Made by a program: the position numbers and the translations under genes
The notes under the pieces: generated by a model
The model's database searches: none
The model's input: only the letters and a program-made list of their open reading frames with translations
Told to the model about the DNA's origin: nothing
Part shown: one piece after another, positions 34,281 to 44,214 of the stretch
Position numbering within the stretch: position 1 is the first letter of the stretch
Layout of the letters: each line of letters starts with the position of its first letter
Virus record (IMG/VR): IMGVR_UViG_3300032305_001858
Span: 1-50,674 of that record
Length of the DNA stretch: 50,674 nt
Source: a virus
Lineage: Duplodnaviria; Caudoviricetes
Direction: 5' to 3' (one strand)

Positions 34281-36497
34281 ATGGCTGACGTCGTCGTCAA
34301 CATCACACCTCCTGCACCTATCGCCTTGTCTTACACACAGGGCGGTGCTGTGGGTCCGCAGGGTCCGACGGGTAGCGTGGGTCCAGCCGGGCCTGCTAAC
34401 GTCCTGTCTGTAGGAAGTGTTGCGACAACCTCTGCGACTACGGCGTCGATATCGATCTCCGGAACAGCACCGTCGCAGACGATCTCATTCGTCGTGCCTC
34501 GCGGGCCGCAGGGGATTCAGGGCGAAGTCGGACCTGTCGCAAAGCTCCAGATCGGGACTGTTGTCACTGGTGCTGAAGCAGCCGCCACACTAACCGGCAC
34601 AGGAACGACTCAGACTCTCTCGCTCGTGTTGCCGCAAGGCGCGACCGGCGTGCAAGGCCCGCAGGGAAATGTGGGTCCAGCCGGGCCTGCCAACTCTCTG
34701 TCTGTCGGAAGCGTTGCGACGACCTCGGCGACCACTGCATCGATATCGATCACCGGAACATCGCCGTCTCAAGTAATTTCCTTCGTCGTGCCTCGCGGGC
34801 CGCAGGGGATTCAGGGCGAAGTCGGACCGCTAATGACAGTCCAAGTGGGTGGAGTGACGACTGGTGCGTCTGGCACGAATGCAAAGATCGACACAGTAAC
34901 GAGCGGAAACACAGTCACCCTAAACTTCACCATCCCACGCGGCGCAGATGCGGTTGCGAACCTCGCCGACGAGACTCCTCAGCCGCTTGGGGCAGCCAGC
35001 GCGGGGTCGGCCTTCCGGGCGTCGCGTGCTGACCACGTACATGCCACTCCCCTCATTGCATTCAGTGCATTAACAGGGATTCCTGCAACCTTCACTCCAT
35101 CGACCCATCTGCACACGATAAATGACATCGTCAGCTTGCAGACTGCTCTGGACACCAAGCAGCCCGCAGGAAGCTACGCAACGCTTGTAAACGGAACCGT
35201 GCCGTCGTCAATGCTCCCGTCGTTCGTGGACGACATCATCGAGTACGCGACGCTCAGTGCCTTCCCTGCCACAAATGATGTTGGCAAGATTTACACGGCG
35301 GTCGATACGAGGAAAATTTATCGATGGTCAGGGACGGGGTACGTTGAGATTTCACCTTCGCCCGGAACGACGACTGACGTGCCGGAAGGAAGCAACCTCT
35401 ACCACACCACGGCGAGGGCCGCAGCAGCGGCACCAGTCCAAAGCGTGGCGGGGCGAGTGGGCGCGGTTGTTGTCAGTAAGTCGGACGTGGGCCTTGGCAG
35501 CGTGCCGAATGTAGATGCGACCGTCAGGTCTAACCACACGGGAACTCAGACCGCCTCGACCATCTCTGACTTCGCTGTGGAGGCTGCAAAGTACGGCCCG
35601 GTGACTAGCGTTTCTGGTCGCACGGGGGCGATAACGCTCGCCCAGCTTGGCAGTTCGGGCACCGCTTCAGCATCGACGTTCCTTCGTGGCGATGGTCAGT
35701 GGACTGCGGCTGGCGGCGGGAACACCTTCGAGGCCGCGAACGTGACGGGTTTTCCCGTGACAGGTGCCAGTGGCACGATCTACATCGCCACCGATGCGAG
35801 TCGAATGTTTCGGTGGTCTGGCAGTGTGTACGTTGAGATGGGAAGCGGGCAGGCAACGCCAGTCGTGGGCGACCCCCCGCCTGCGCCGACAACCGATCCA
35901 AATTTCTCGTCAGTGACCTTTCTCCTTCACGCGGACGGCAGCGGCAGCACGTTTATCGATTCCAGCTTGGCGGCAAATCAGATTACGGCAATCAGCGCGA
36001 CTCAGTCAGACGCAGAATCGAAGTGGGGCGGCAAGTCGGCGTACTTCAACGGTAGCTCGCGACTTGAAGCGTCAGGGGCCAGTTTTGCGTTTGGAAGTGG
36101 TGACTTTACGGTTGAACTCTGGCTGTATCACCAAGGTGCCGCGTCACAGATTAACATTTTCGATACGAACAACGGCGGCAGCGGATTTTCGCTATACAAA
36201 TACGCTGAAGATAATGTGCTTCGCATTTTTGTCCACGACATCACTCAGACCGTCATTAATGGCGGCTCGGTGCCTCCGAATGCTTGGCATTACATTGCTA
36301 TCACTCGCGTCTCGGGCACTATGAGATTGTATATCGACGGGTTTCAATCTGGAGCTTCGTATTCGTCTTCACAAAACTGGACAGATGGACGTCTTGTCAT
36401 CGGAAGATTCATGTCGGGATATATCGATGACGTCCGCATAACCAAGGGAATTGCTCGCACTATTACCAAGCCCACGGCAGCGTTCCCCGACTCATAA
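34281..36497 (+). CDS. Collagen-repeat fibre protein with C-terminal LamG/ConA-like domain
   Basis: G-X-Y runs, ASRADHVH, H.H.I.DI..LQ.ALD.K, VQSVAGR.GAV, LLH.DG, DFTVE.W, W.YIA..R, GYIDDVRITKG.AR. Confidence 0.88.
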   Translation: MADVVVNITPPAPIALSYTQGGAVGPQGPTGSVGPAGPANVLSVGSVATTSATTASISISGTAPSQTISFVVPRGPQGIQGEVGPVAKLQIGTVVTGAEAAATLTGTGTTQTLSLVLPQGATGVQGPQGNVGPAGPANSLSVGSVATTSATTASISITGTSPSQVISFVVPRGPQGIQGEVGPLMTVQVGGVTTGASGTNAKIDTVTSGNTVTLNFTIPRGADAVANLADETPQPLGAASAGSAFRASRADHVHATPLIAFSALTGIPATFTPSTHLHTINDIVSLQTALDTKQPAGSYATLVNGTVPSSMLPSFVDDIIEYATLSAFPATNDVGKIYTAVDTRKIYRWSGTGYVEISPSPGTTTDVPEGSNLYHTTARAAAAAPVQSVAGRVGAVVVSKSDVGLGSVPNVDATVRSNHTGTQTASTISDFAVEAAKYGPVTSVSGRTGAITLAQLGSSGTASASTFLRGDGQWTAAGGGNTFEAANVTGFPVTGASGTIYIATDASRMFRWSGSVYVEMGSGQATPVVGDPPPAPTTDPNFSSVTFLLHADGSGSTFIDSSLAANQITAISATQSDAESKWGGKSAYFNGSSRLEASGASFAFGSGDFTVELWLYHQGAASQINIFDTNNGGSGFSLYKYAEDNVLRIFVHDITQTVINGGSVPPNAWHYIAITRVSGTMRLYIDGFQSGASYSSSQNWTDGRLVIGRFMSGYIDDVRITKGIARTITKPTAAFPDS
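34377..34828 (+). repeat. Intragenic direct repeat of 158 bp, period 294 bp
   Basis: 34377-34534 vs 34671-34828; last 47 bp identical. Confidence 0.9.
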
Positions 36498-36538
36498 TAC
36501 AAATCGACCTTCAAACGAAGTCGGCAAGGTGATTGCTC

Positions 36539-37588
36539 ATGCCATTTTCATTTCCATCATCTCCAGCCATTGGCGCAACATCGACGCAGAACGGGCGTCA
36601 GTATGTCTACGCCGGGAACAACTCGTGGGAACTCGTCATTGCGAATGGCGACGTTGACGGCGGCGATTATGTCGGCACGCTCGTCTACGACCGGACCATA
36701 ACAATCACGCAGCAACCTACCGATCATTCTGCCGTCTCGGGTGCCGCGACCATTTCGGTCACAGCAACAGCAAGCCCTGCCGGAACGCTCACCTACCAGT
36801 GGCAACGGTTCAGCGGCTCAAGCTGGGCAAGCGTGACCGGCGGAAATTCCGCATCGCTTGCTCTGACGGGACTGACTACCGCGAATAACGGCGACCGCTA
36901 TCGCTGCGTGATTTCAGCGCAAAGCGCAGCCAGTGTGACTAGCGGAGAATCGCTACTAGGCGTCAATCCGACTGCGCCGGGAGTGCCGACAGGACTGTCT
37001 GCGGTGCGAGGTGACAGCAGCATCACGCTATCGTGGACGGCACCAGCTTCAAACGGAGGTTCGTCGATAACGGATTATGTGGTGCAGGTTTATAATTACG
37101 GCGGCAACCCCGCTGTTTGGACAACCGTTTCTGACGGCACCTCAACGGCAACTAGCGCAACGATCACTGGCTTGGCGTCTGGTTTTTACGATCTGCGAGT
37201 TGCTGCTGTGAACGCAATCGGTCAGGGGTCATACGCACAGCACTCTGGCTACGTAGCGTTCGGCCCCGCGCTCCTGTCGGTAACATCCAACACGGGTGGC
37301 GCGACCGTGGCGGGCATTGGCGATTCGTCAACGCCGCTGGTCGTCACGCGAACCACTACCTCGCAAACTGGTTCTGTAACGATCAAGACCGCAAACACAA
37401 GCGGCACTCATTTAGTCAGTTTCTACATAACAGTGACCGGAGGCCCGGTTCGTGTCACCAGCGACAGCGGGCTAAACATCGTTGCGAATGACACATATAC
37501 CGCATCGACAAACCTTTCGCCAATGCAAGAAATGACGATTGTGCCCATCGGCTATCCCTTTTCATTCACATTCACAGCGGAACGGTAG
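36539..37588 (+). CDS. Fibre/adhesin protein (Ig-like + FN3)
   Basis: FPSSP..G....NGR.Y N-module; ITQQP...YQWQ...YRC Ig domain; LSWTAP..NGGS.ITDY FN3. Confidence 0.85.
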   Translation: MPFSFPSSPAIGATSTQNGRQYVYAGNNSWELVIANGDVDGGDYVGTLVYDRTITITQQPTDHSAVSGAATISVTATASPAGTLTYQWQRFSGSSWASVTGGNSASLALTGLTTANNGDRYRCVISAQSAASVTSGESLLGVNPTAPGVPTGLSAVRGDSSITLSWTAPASNGGSSITDYVVQVYNYGGNPAVWTTVSDGTSTATSATITGLASGFYDLRVAAVNAIGQGSYAQHSGYVAFGPALLSVTSNTGGATVAGIGDSSTPLVVTRTTTSQTGSVTIKTANTSGTHLVSFYITVTGGPVRVTSDSGLNIVANDTYTASTNLSPMQEMTIVPIGYPFSFTFTAER

Positions 37589-37597
37589 CGTCACTCC

Positions 37598-38491
37598 ATG
37601 CCAAACAAAGTGAAACTCAAGCGGTCATACCGCGCCGGTGCCGTTCCAACGACGAGCGACCTCGATACCAACGAGTGCGCCGTTAACTGGACGGACGGCA
37701 AGTTGTTTGTCAAGGACTTGAATGGCAGCATAGTCACCCTGACGCTCGGCGGGGCGTACACCTTGCCGACCGCTTCTTCAAGCACGCTCGGTGGCATTCG
37801 CGTCGGCTCGGGCTTGTCGATCTCTAGCGGAGTGCTGTCCGCCAGCGATTCTCGCTGGGATCTTTTTCTGCCTCCTGCCCCTACCGGCCTCACTGCTGTA
37901 GCAGGCAACGCCTCGGCGTCACTCTCTTGGACGGCACCGACCGGCGTTATATCGCAGGCTCCAGTCTCAGACTACCGGGAGCAATACAGCACTGACGGCG
38001 GCACCACATGGACGACGTTCACGGCGGCGGCATCGACGGCGACGACTGCGACTGTGACAGGACTGACCAACGGACAGGCAGTGCGTTTCCGCGTGGCGGC
38101 GGTGAATGCCGTTGGCACCGGGGCTTACACGGCGGCGTCGAGTGCGGTGACGCCGACGGCGGGCACTCCAACCGTCCCTAGCGCGCCGACAAACGTGCGA
38201 AACTACAATGAGTATTGGACCTGCGGCGGGCAAAACACTGTCGCTTGGAACACCCCAGCGTCAAACGGTGGGTCTGCGATTACAGGCTACCTGTGGCGAA
38301 TCGGCAGCAGCGGCCCGACGACGCTCGTCAGCCCCACAAGCGGAAGCAACTCAAGCTGGCCTGCCGGTGGCAGCTTCACGGGCGGTTCTGCGGCCACTTC
38401 TTCCACCGGAAGCTTCCAAGTCGCCGCCGTCAACTCTATCGGTACTGGCCCATACGCTTCAATCACGCTGCAAGAGGGCTGCGGATACTGA
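37598..38491 (+). CDS. Fibre protein (T4 gp37-like N-module + FN3 domains)
   Basis: KLKRS..AGAVP...L...E.AVN..DGKLF; YTLP.AS..TLGG..VGSGL; two FN3-like units. Confidence 0.85.
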   Translation: MPNKVKLKRSYRAGAVPTTSDLDTNECAVNWTDGKLFVKDLNGSIVTLTLGGAYTLPTASSSTLGGIRVGSGLSISSGVLSASDSRWDLFLPPAPTGLTAVAGNASASLSWTAPTGVISQAPVSDYREQYSTDGGTTWTTFTAAASTATTATVTGLTNGQAVRFRVAAVNAVGTGAYTAASSAVTPTAGTPTVPSAPTNVRNYNEYWTCGGQNTVAWNTPASNGGSAITGYLWRIGSSGPTTLVSPTSGSNSSWPAGGSFTGGSAATSSTGSFQVAAVNSIGTGPYASITLQEGCGY

Positions 38492-39432
38492 TGACTATGT
38501 GGCTTGAATTTCCACAATACGCTCCGGCAGCGTCAGACGACATAGCAATCGTAATTGCTTTTTTCTCGCCGTGTAATTTTCAGCGTCCGCGTGAAAACAT
38601 CCTGCGAACAGTAGAGAAACTTCTACACGCCAAGTACCCAGTTGTTGTCGTGGAAGCGGTATACCCAGATGCGCCGCCGCTAGTGCTTCCGGCGGAGGTG
38701 CATCACCGGACGATTCATGTCGGCTGGCAAAGCGTATTGTTTCTGAAAGAGAACCTCTTCAATGTTGCGATCGCACACACGACGCACCCCAAGCTTGTAT
38801 TCATCGACGGCGACATTGAATTCTCCGATCCGCACTGGCTCAACAAAACTGATTTATTGCTAGACACGCATGACTTGATACAGCCGTTCGAGAAGTGCTA
38901 TTGGCTGGACGAAACAAACACCAGCCCTATGCGAGAAAAAAACAATTGCGTGCAGCCTATTCTGGAAAAAACACCACTATCCGGCGTCGCGCATCACCCC
39001 GGTTTCGCGTGGGCCGCGAGGCGAGATTTTCTTGAGCGAGTCGGCGGGCTTTACGACCGGCACCCGCTCGGCGGCAGCGACACGGCGTTATGGTACACGC
39101 TTATGCAAGACGCTGACGTTGCCGTCTTGCTGCAACACTGTAGCCGAACGAACGATTATTTTGCGGACACGACTGCGTATAAGGCATACCGTTCGCGAGT
39201 GCGGGATTGTTCGCCTCGCATAAATTATCTTGCTGGCAACGTCGTTCAGCATTTCTGGCACGGCACAGCAGACAACCGGCAGTATGTCACTCGTAATTTG
39301 CAGTACATGCCAGACCCGACCGACGGCGAGTATCCCTTGCGAGTTAACTCGCAAGGTGTTTTGGAGTGGACTCAGCCAGAATACGCCGAAAGGGCACTTG
39401 CATATTTCCAAAGTCGAAGAGAAGACGGATGA
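38491..39432 (+). CDS. GT-A fold glycosyltransferase-like protein
   Basis: KENL.N.A, FIDGDI.F (DxD), IQPF, HPGFAWA.RR, GG.D, HFWHG...NRQY..R. Confidence 0.8.
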   Translation: MTMWLEFPQYAPAASDDIAIVIAFFSPCNFQRPRENILRTVEKLLHAKYPVVVVEAVYPDAPPLVLPAEVHHRTIHVGWQSVLFLKENLFNVAIAHTTHPKLVFIDGDIEFSDPHWLNKTDLLLDTHDLIQPFEKCYWLDETNTSPMREKNNCVQPILEKTPLSGVAHHPGFAWAARRDFLERVGGLYDRHPLGGSDTALWYTLMQDADVAVLLQHCSRTNDYFADTTAYKAYRSRVRDCSPRINYLAGNVVQHFWHGTADNRQYVTRNLQYMPDPTDGEYPLRVNSQGVLEWTQPEYAERALAYFQSRREDG

Positions 39433-39989
39433 CAGACTTTACATCAGACTGGCACTCAAATCACATTGCCACTTGGAAAGAACTTGTATTACCGCGTTTG
39501 CCTAGCACGCGGCGGCGGTGGCTTGAGTTGGGTTCTTTTGAGGGCAAGTCGGCGGTCTGGACGCTCGATAACGCCATTCGCCAAGGGGACGAATTGGTTT
39601 GCGTGGATGCGTGGTGGAACTCGGACACGGAATCGCGTTTTGATACCAATGTGGGATCGCGGGCTACCAAGATAAAGTCGCTGATTACTCCCTATCTTCT
39701 TGCAGCAGCCACCCGCGACGAAAAATTTGACGTTATTTACATTGATGGAAGCCACGACGCTCGGGCTGTTTTTGAAAATGCGGCGTTAGCGTGGCTCATT
39801 CTGACGCAGGGTGGTGTTCTTATTTTTGATGACTACCGCTACACGCATCCTGCTCGCTGTGTTGGCTTGGTTGATCCGAAGCCGGTAATTGACGCTTTTC
39901 TGGTCGGCTACGGTACGGAGCTAATTGTGCTGCACAGGGCGTGGCAAGTCATCGTTGAAAAACGGCAACAGATCGCAAAACGCTGGTGA
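39429..39989 (+). CDS. Class I SAM methyltransferase (Methyltransf_24-like)
   Basis: FT.DW, LELGSFEG.SA.W, FD.IYIDGSH, GG.LIFDDY. Confidence 0.9.
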   Translation: MTDFTSDWHSNHIATWKELVLPRLPSTRRRWLELGSFEGKSAVWTLDNAIRQGDELVCVDAWWNSDTESRFDTNVGSRATKIKSLITPYLLAAATRDEKFDVIYIDGSHDARAVFENAALAWLILTQGGVLIFDDYRYTHPARCVGLVDPKPVIDAFLVGYGTELIVLHRAWQVIVEKRQQIAKRW

Positions 39990-40062
39990 GTTAAAAAGTA
40001 CGGGTATTCGTACCGGCATTCGGTACAATGCGAAGAGAAGACTGATAACAGGAGACGGCGAG

Positions 40063-40389
40063 ATGAGCAGCACAGTCAGTCAGCTACCGGGACAGATGAA
40101 CCTCGCGTTTAAGCGAGCCAATGATTTCTCGTCGCTTATCGACTTCGACGGCACGACGCTGGTCGGCTACACCGTGACCGCCAGCGTGACAAGCCTTGTC
40201 ACTGGAGCAACCGTAGTGCCATTCACGACCACCGTGTCAGACGCCTCGGCAGGACAGGTCAACATCGCCCTCACAGACACGCAGACTGCCGCCCTGCCCG
40301 CTGGCACCTACGGCTGGCAACTCGACTGGACTGCTCCCGGCAGCGTGCAGCGAACGGCACTCAGCGGCACTGTGGAGGTCTACGCATGA
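40063..40389 (+). CDS. Ig-like/BppU-N-like fibre adaptor, paralog of 33929
   Basis: QLPG.MNL.F.R..DF, L.GYT, GQV.I.LTD.QTAAL, RTALSG. Confidence 0.7.
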   Translation: MSSTVSQLPGQMNLAFKRANDFSSLIDFDGTTLVGYTVTASVTSLVTGATVVPFTTTVSDASAGQVNIALTDTQTAALPAGTYGWQLDWTAPGSVQRTALSGTVEVYA

Positions 40390-40673
40390 CTCAAATCACA
40401 GCGACCGTCAACTCGCAGCCGATCACGGCGACCGTCAGTGCGTCGGGGAGTATTTCCGCGAGCGTCGGCTCGTCGGTCGTCACGGCAAACGCAGGCGGCG
40501 GCATCGGTCCTCAAGGCCCGCAGGGCGTCATCGGCCCCCCCGGTAATGCACTATCTGCGGCGAGCGACGTGCAGTTGAGCAACGTCGCGGATGGCGACTT
40601 GCTGAGATACTCATCGAACAAGTGGCGGAACAAACCCGAAGGCGATCTGATTTTAGACGGCCAGAATTTTTGA
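40386..40673 (+). CDS. Short collagen-containing fibre protein
   Basis: GPQGPQG..GPPG; L....DV......DGD.L.Y...KW.N; DGQNF end. Confidence 0.8.
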   Translation: MTQITATVNSQPITATVSASGSISASVGSSVVTANAGGGIGPQGPQGVIGPPGNALSAASDVQLSNVADGDLLRYSSNKWRNKPEGDLILDGQNF

Positions 40674-40692
40674 ACTTTAAGGAGGAAGCATC

Positions 40693-41400
40693 ATGGCAAA
40701 TCGTCTCAGGTTAAAGCGTCGAGTCTCGGGCAACGCGGGCGCGCCCGCAACACTCTTGAACGGCGAAGTCGCCGTGAATGAGGTCGATGGTGTGGTTTGG
40801 TATGGCAAGGGTCTGGGGCAGGACGGCAACGCAACGTCGGTCATCGCGATTGGCGGCGACGGCGTGTTCGCGACCAAGTCTTATGTCACGACTGCCGTCG
40901 CTGCGGTTGACGTGTCGTCGCAACTCGCGAACTACCTGACGACCGCAAACGCTGCCTCGACCTACCTGACTATCTCGTCTGCCAGCAGCACCTACCTCTC
41001 GCAGTCGTCCGCGAGCAGCACCTATGCACCGCTGGCATCACCGGCACTGACCGGCTCGCCGACTGCTCCAAACCAGACAGCGGGCGACTCCTCGACGAAG
41101 ATTGCGAACACCTCGTTCGTTATGACCGCTGTGGCGAATCTGGTGGCGAGTGCCCCAGAAGCCTTAAACACGCTCAATGAGCTTGCGACGGCTTTAGGGA
41201 ACGACGCCAGCTTCTCGACGACGATCAGCAACAGCATCGGCGGCAAACTTTCCAAGGCGTCAAACCTCAGTGACCTCACTGATGCGGCCACGGCCCGCAC
41301 GAACCTCGGCCTCGGGTCGATGGCGACTCAGGCCGCAAGCAACGTGTCAATCACGGGCGGATCGATCGACAATATCACGTTTGACCAAGGGACTTTCTGA
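40693..41400 (+). CDS. Tail-fibre-like protein
   Basis: gp37-like N-module; 11-aa repeats; APLASPALTG.PTAP; APEALNTLNELA.ALGND; ARTNLGLG. Confidence 0.85.
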   Translation: MANRLRLKRRVSGNAGAPATLLNGEVAVNEVDGVVWYGKGLGQDGNATSVIAIGGDGVFATKSYVTTAVAAVDVSSQLANYLTTANAASTYLTISSASSTYLSQSSASSTYAPLASPALTGSPTAPNQTAGDSSTKIANTSFVMTAVANLVASAPEALNTLNELATALGNDASFSTTISNSIGGKLSKASNLSDLTDAATARTNLGLGSMATQAASNVSITGGSIDNITFDQGTF

Positions 41401-41402
41401 CC

Positions 41403-42824
41403 GTGCCAAACGTTGTCCGAAACCCGTACTCGAACACGGCAGGCAACACGCCTTCGTCGCTCGGCAACGGCGTGATCGCCGTGAACCAAGCGGACGGCAA
41501 GCTATTCTATCGCTCGTCTGCGGGTGTCGTTACGGCGTTGGCTACCAGCGGCGGGTCTACATCGGTTTACGAGTACGCGACCGAGAGTCTCTTTCCAGCT
41601 ACAGGCGCGGCGAACACCATTTATATCGACAAGGATACTAGCCGCGCGTTTCGTTGGACAAACTCTGTGTATGTTGAAATAAGCGCGCCCGGAGCAGAGT
41701 CAACGCTTTTCTCGTATTTCCTGCCGCCCGCACCTACAAGTGTTACGGCGACGCCCGGCAACGCGCAGGCGACGGTGGCATGGACGGCCCCCACGGTGTC
41801 GGCACAAATTCCGATCACAAACTACACCGTTCAGTATTCGTCAAATTCTGGCTCGTCATGGACTACCGTTAGCCGTTCGGCGTCCACTGCAACGAGTGCA
41901 ACTGTGACCGGGCTGACCAACGGCACGGCGTACACTTTTCGCGTTGCTGCGGTGAACGGTTTAGGCACGGGGGCTTATTCGACGGTATCGGCTGCGGTGA
42001 CGCCTTCCTTTCCAGCATCCATCGCTGGCCTGCAACTGTTGCTGGACGCCAGCTTTGCCCCTTCACTCTTCCAGAATTCCAACGGGACTACGGCGGCAAC
42101 GGCGACCGACAATCCAGTGGGCTACTGGGCAGACATGAGCGGACTCGGAAATCACGCCACGCAGGCTACGAGTGGCGCGAGGCCGCTGCTGAAACTGAGC
42201 AATCAAAACGGCTTGCCCGGATTGCTGCTGGATGGCACGGACGATTTCCTGACGGCGTCAGTTGCGGGATTTCAGTCGCTGACTGCCGTCACGGTGATAA
42301 TGGTGTTCAAGTCTCTCTCGGCGGCTGCTGCCGATACGAACACAGCCTCTTTCTGGGGTTTTGGGCATGTTGGGCCAGCGAGCGGCTCGTACCCCGCAGA
42401 ACGCGGCGTGTTTGCGGGAAGCAATGCTGGCGCGTTTTCTGGCGAAAAGATTGTAATTGGCGTTGTCAATCCGGGTGTTAGTAACGGACGTCTCGGCGCG
42501 AGTGGTTATACGCGAGCGGCAAACACTGCTCAGTCACTGGCAATCACTTTGACTTCATCGGGAAGTTCAATGTTTGCAAACAACAACTCGGTGTCACTTG
42601 ACTTGATTCAGTCTGGGTATTCAACAACCACAGGTTACACGCCAGCGTTAACCGGATACACCGTAGACGACGACCTGCATATCGGAGCAATCCGGGCGTC
42701 GGGCGTGCTTTTTATTACGCCGCAGATAACCATTTATGAGGTACTCGTCTACAACCGCGCGCTGACATCAGGAGAGCGGGCCTCGCTTAACACGTACCTA
42801 GCTGCCAAGTGGGGCATCTCATGA
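41403..42824 (+). CDS. Fibre/adhesin (N-module + FN3 + LamG-like LDA domain)
   Basis: AVNQADGKLFY; FPATG...IY module; FN3; GLQL.LDA...EVLVYNRAL...YL..KWG. Confidence 0.85.
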   Translation: MPNVVRNPYSNTAGNTPSSLGNGVIAVNQADGKLFYRSSAGVVTALATSGGSTSVYEYATESLFPATGAANTIYIDKDTSRAFRWTNSVYVEISAPGAESTLFSYFLPPAPTSVTATPGNAQATVAWTAPTVSAQIPITNYTVQYSSNSGSSWTTVSRSASTATSATVTGLTNGTAYTFRVAAVNGLGTGAYSTVSAAVTPSFPASIAGLQLLLDASFAPSLFQNSNGTTAATATDNPVGYWADMSGLGNHATQATSGARPLLKLSNQNGLPGLLLDGTDDFLTASVAGFQSLTAVTVIMVFKSLSAAAADTNTASFWGFGHVGPASGSYPAERGVFAGSNAGAFSGEKIVIGVVNPGVSNGRLGASGYTRAANTAQSLAITLTSSGSSMFANNNSVSLDLIQSGYSTTTGYTPALTGYTVDDDLHIGAIRASGVLFITPQITIYEVLVYNRALTSGERASLNTYLAAKWGIS

Positions 42825-42898
42825 CCACACTCTACTACACCCTCTGCGACGAAGTTTTCTGGTGGCACGCACCAGCAGCGTTCCCCGCATACTCATAA
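42821..42898 (+). pseudogene. Chimeric mini-ORF (25 aa)
   Basis: MTTLYYTLCDE resembles 47634 start; APAAFPAYS resembles the end of the 34281 gene. Confidence 0.5.
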
Positions 42899-42900
42899 CC

Positions 42901-44214
42901 ATGTCTCTATCATTCCCAGCATCACCAAGCGTCGGTCAAACAAGCACCCAAAACGGGCGTGTGTATACATGGTCTGGATATACATGGCAATTAACTGGCA
43001 ATGTCGCCGCGACGTTTTTTGAAACTACTGCTGGCTTTCCGGCAACTGGGAATGTCAATTATCTATATTGCGCTTCAGACACCGGGCGAGTCTATCGCTG
43101 GGCAGGTGCGGCATACATAGAGATCGGTCCGCTCAGTGGCGCGGCAAGCGACTCCCGGTGGGATTTGTTGTTACCCGCCGCGCCTACCGGCCTGACCGTC
43201 GCAAACGGCAACGCGCAGGCAACCCTGTCTTGGACTGCACCTACCGGCGTGATAGCTCAGGCACCCGTGTCGGACTATGTGGTGCAGTTCAGCAGCAACT
43301 CGGGGTCGTCTTGGAGTACCTTCAGCGACGGCAGCAGCACCGCGACAAGTGCGACGGTGACCGGGCTGGCGAATGGCACGGCCTACACCTTCCGCGTGGC
43401 GGCGGTCAACGCCGTTGGCACCGGGGCTTACACGGCGGCTTCGGCTGCGGTGACACCGTTTGCACCGACGAGTGTTGCTGGCCTGCAACTCTGGCTGGAT
43501 GCGAGTGATGCCGGTTCGCTTTTCAGTGCGACAACTGGCGGCTCGCTTGTTGCGGCAGATGGCGGAGTCGCGAGGTGGCAAGACAAAAGTGGCAATGGCT
43601 ATCACTTCACAAAACCATCTGGCTCTAACTTTCCGCTCCGCAAATCATCTGTTCGGAATGGACTTGGAGCAGTGCGGTACGTTGCGAGCGATGGCTCTTT
43701 GACCGTGCATCCCGGTAATACCGCGTCATACACGCGAATGCTGAATACATCTTTTTCGCTCGCACCCCCTTTTACGGTCTTCTTTTGTGGCAACCCAACT
43801 TACAGCGAAGGAAGCCAGCACAACGGAACGCTTCTGACGTCATACAACACAACGTATGGCAGTGGATTGTATGCATTTGGCACGGATGCGAGCGAAACGC
43901 CAAAAAACATTATTTATACATACTCAACGTCACGAGCTTTTACGGCTCGCGCGCCAATGCTGCTGACTGGTGTCGTTTCCAGTTCTACAACAACTGGATA
44001 TAGGAACGGCACATCTGCCGTCACGGCGTCTACAAGCAGTTCCGGATTCGACGGTGCGTCTCTTGGTGCGATTAGAGGCAACCCAGAGCCGGTTGACGCA
44101 TCTTACTTTTTGCTCGGCGACATCTATGAGGTGATCATCTTCAACGTCGCTCTTTCCGACACGGACAGGTCAGCCGTTGATCAATACCTGATCTCCAAGT
44201 GGGCTATCACATGA
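42901..44214 (+). CDS. Fibre/adhesin (FPxSP module + FN3 + LamG-like LDA domain)
   Basis: Modules shared with 36539, 37598, 41403; GLQLWLDA. Confidence 0.85.
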   Translation: MSLSFPASPSVGQTSTQNGRVYTWSGYTWQLTGNVAATFFETTAGFPATGNVNYLYCASDTGRVYRWAGAAYIEIGPLSGAASDSRWDLLLPAAPTGLTVANGNAQATLSWTAPTGVIAQAPVSDYVVQFSSNSGSSWSTFSDGSSTATSATVTGLANGTAYTFRVAAVNAVGTGAYTAASAAVTPFAPTSVAGLQLWLDASDAGSLFSATTGGSLVAADGGVARWQDKSGNGYHFTKPSGSNFPLRKSSVRNGLGAVRYVASDGSLTVHPGNTASYTRMLNTSFSLAPPFTVFFCGNPTYSEGSQHNGTLLTSYNTTYGSGLYAFGTDASETPKNIIYTYSTSRAFTARAPMLLTGVVSSSTTTGYRNGTSAVTASTSSSGFDGASLGAIRGNPEPVDASYFLLGDIYEVIIFNVALSDTDRSAVDQYLISKWAIT

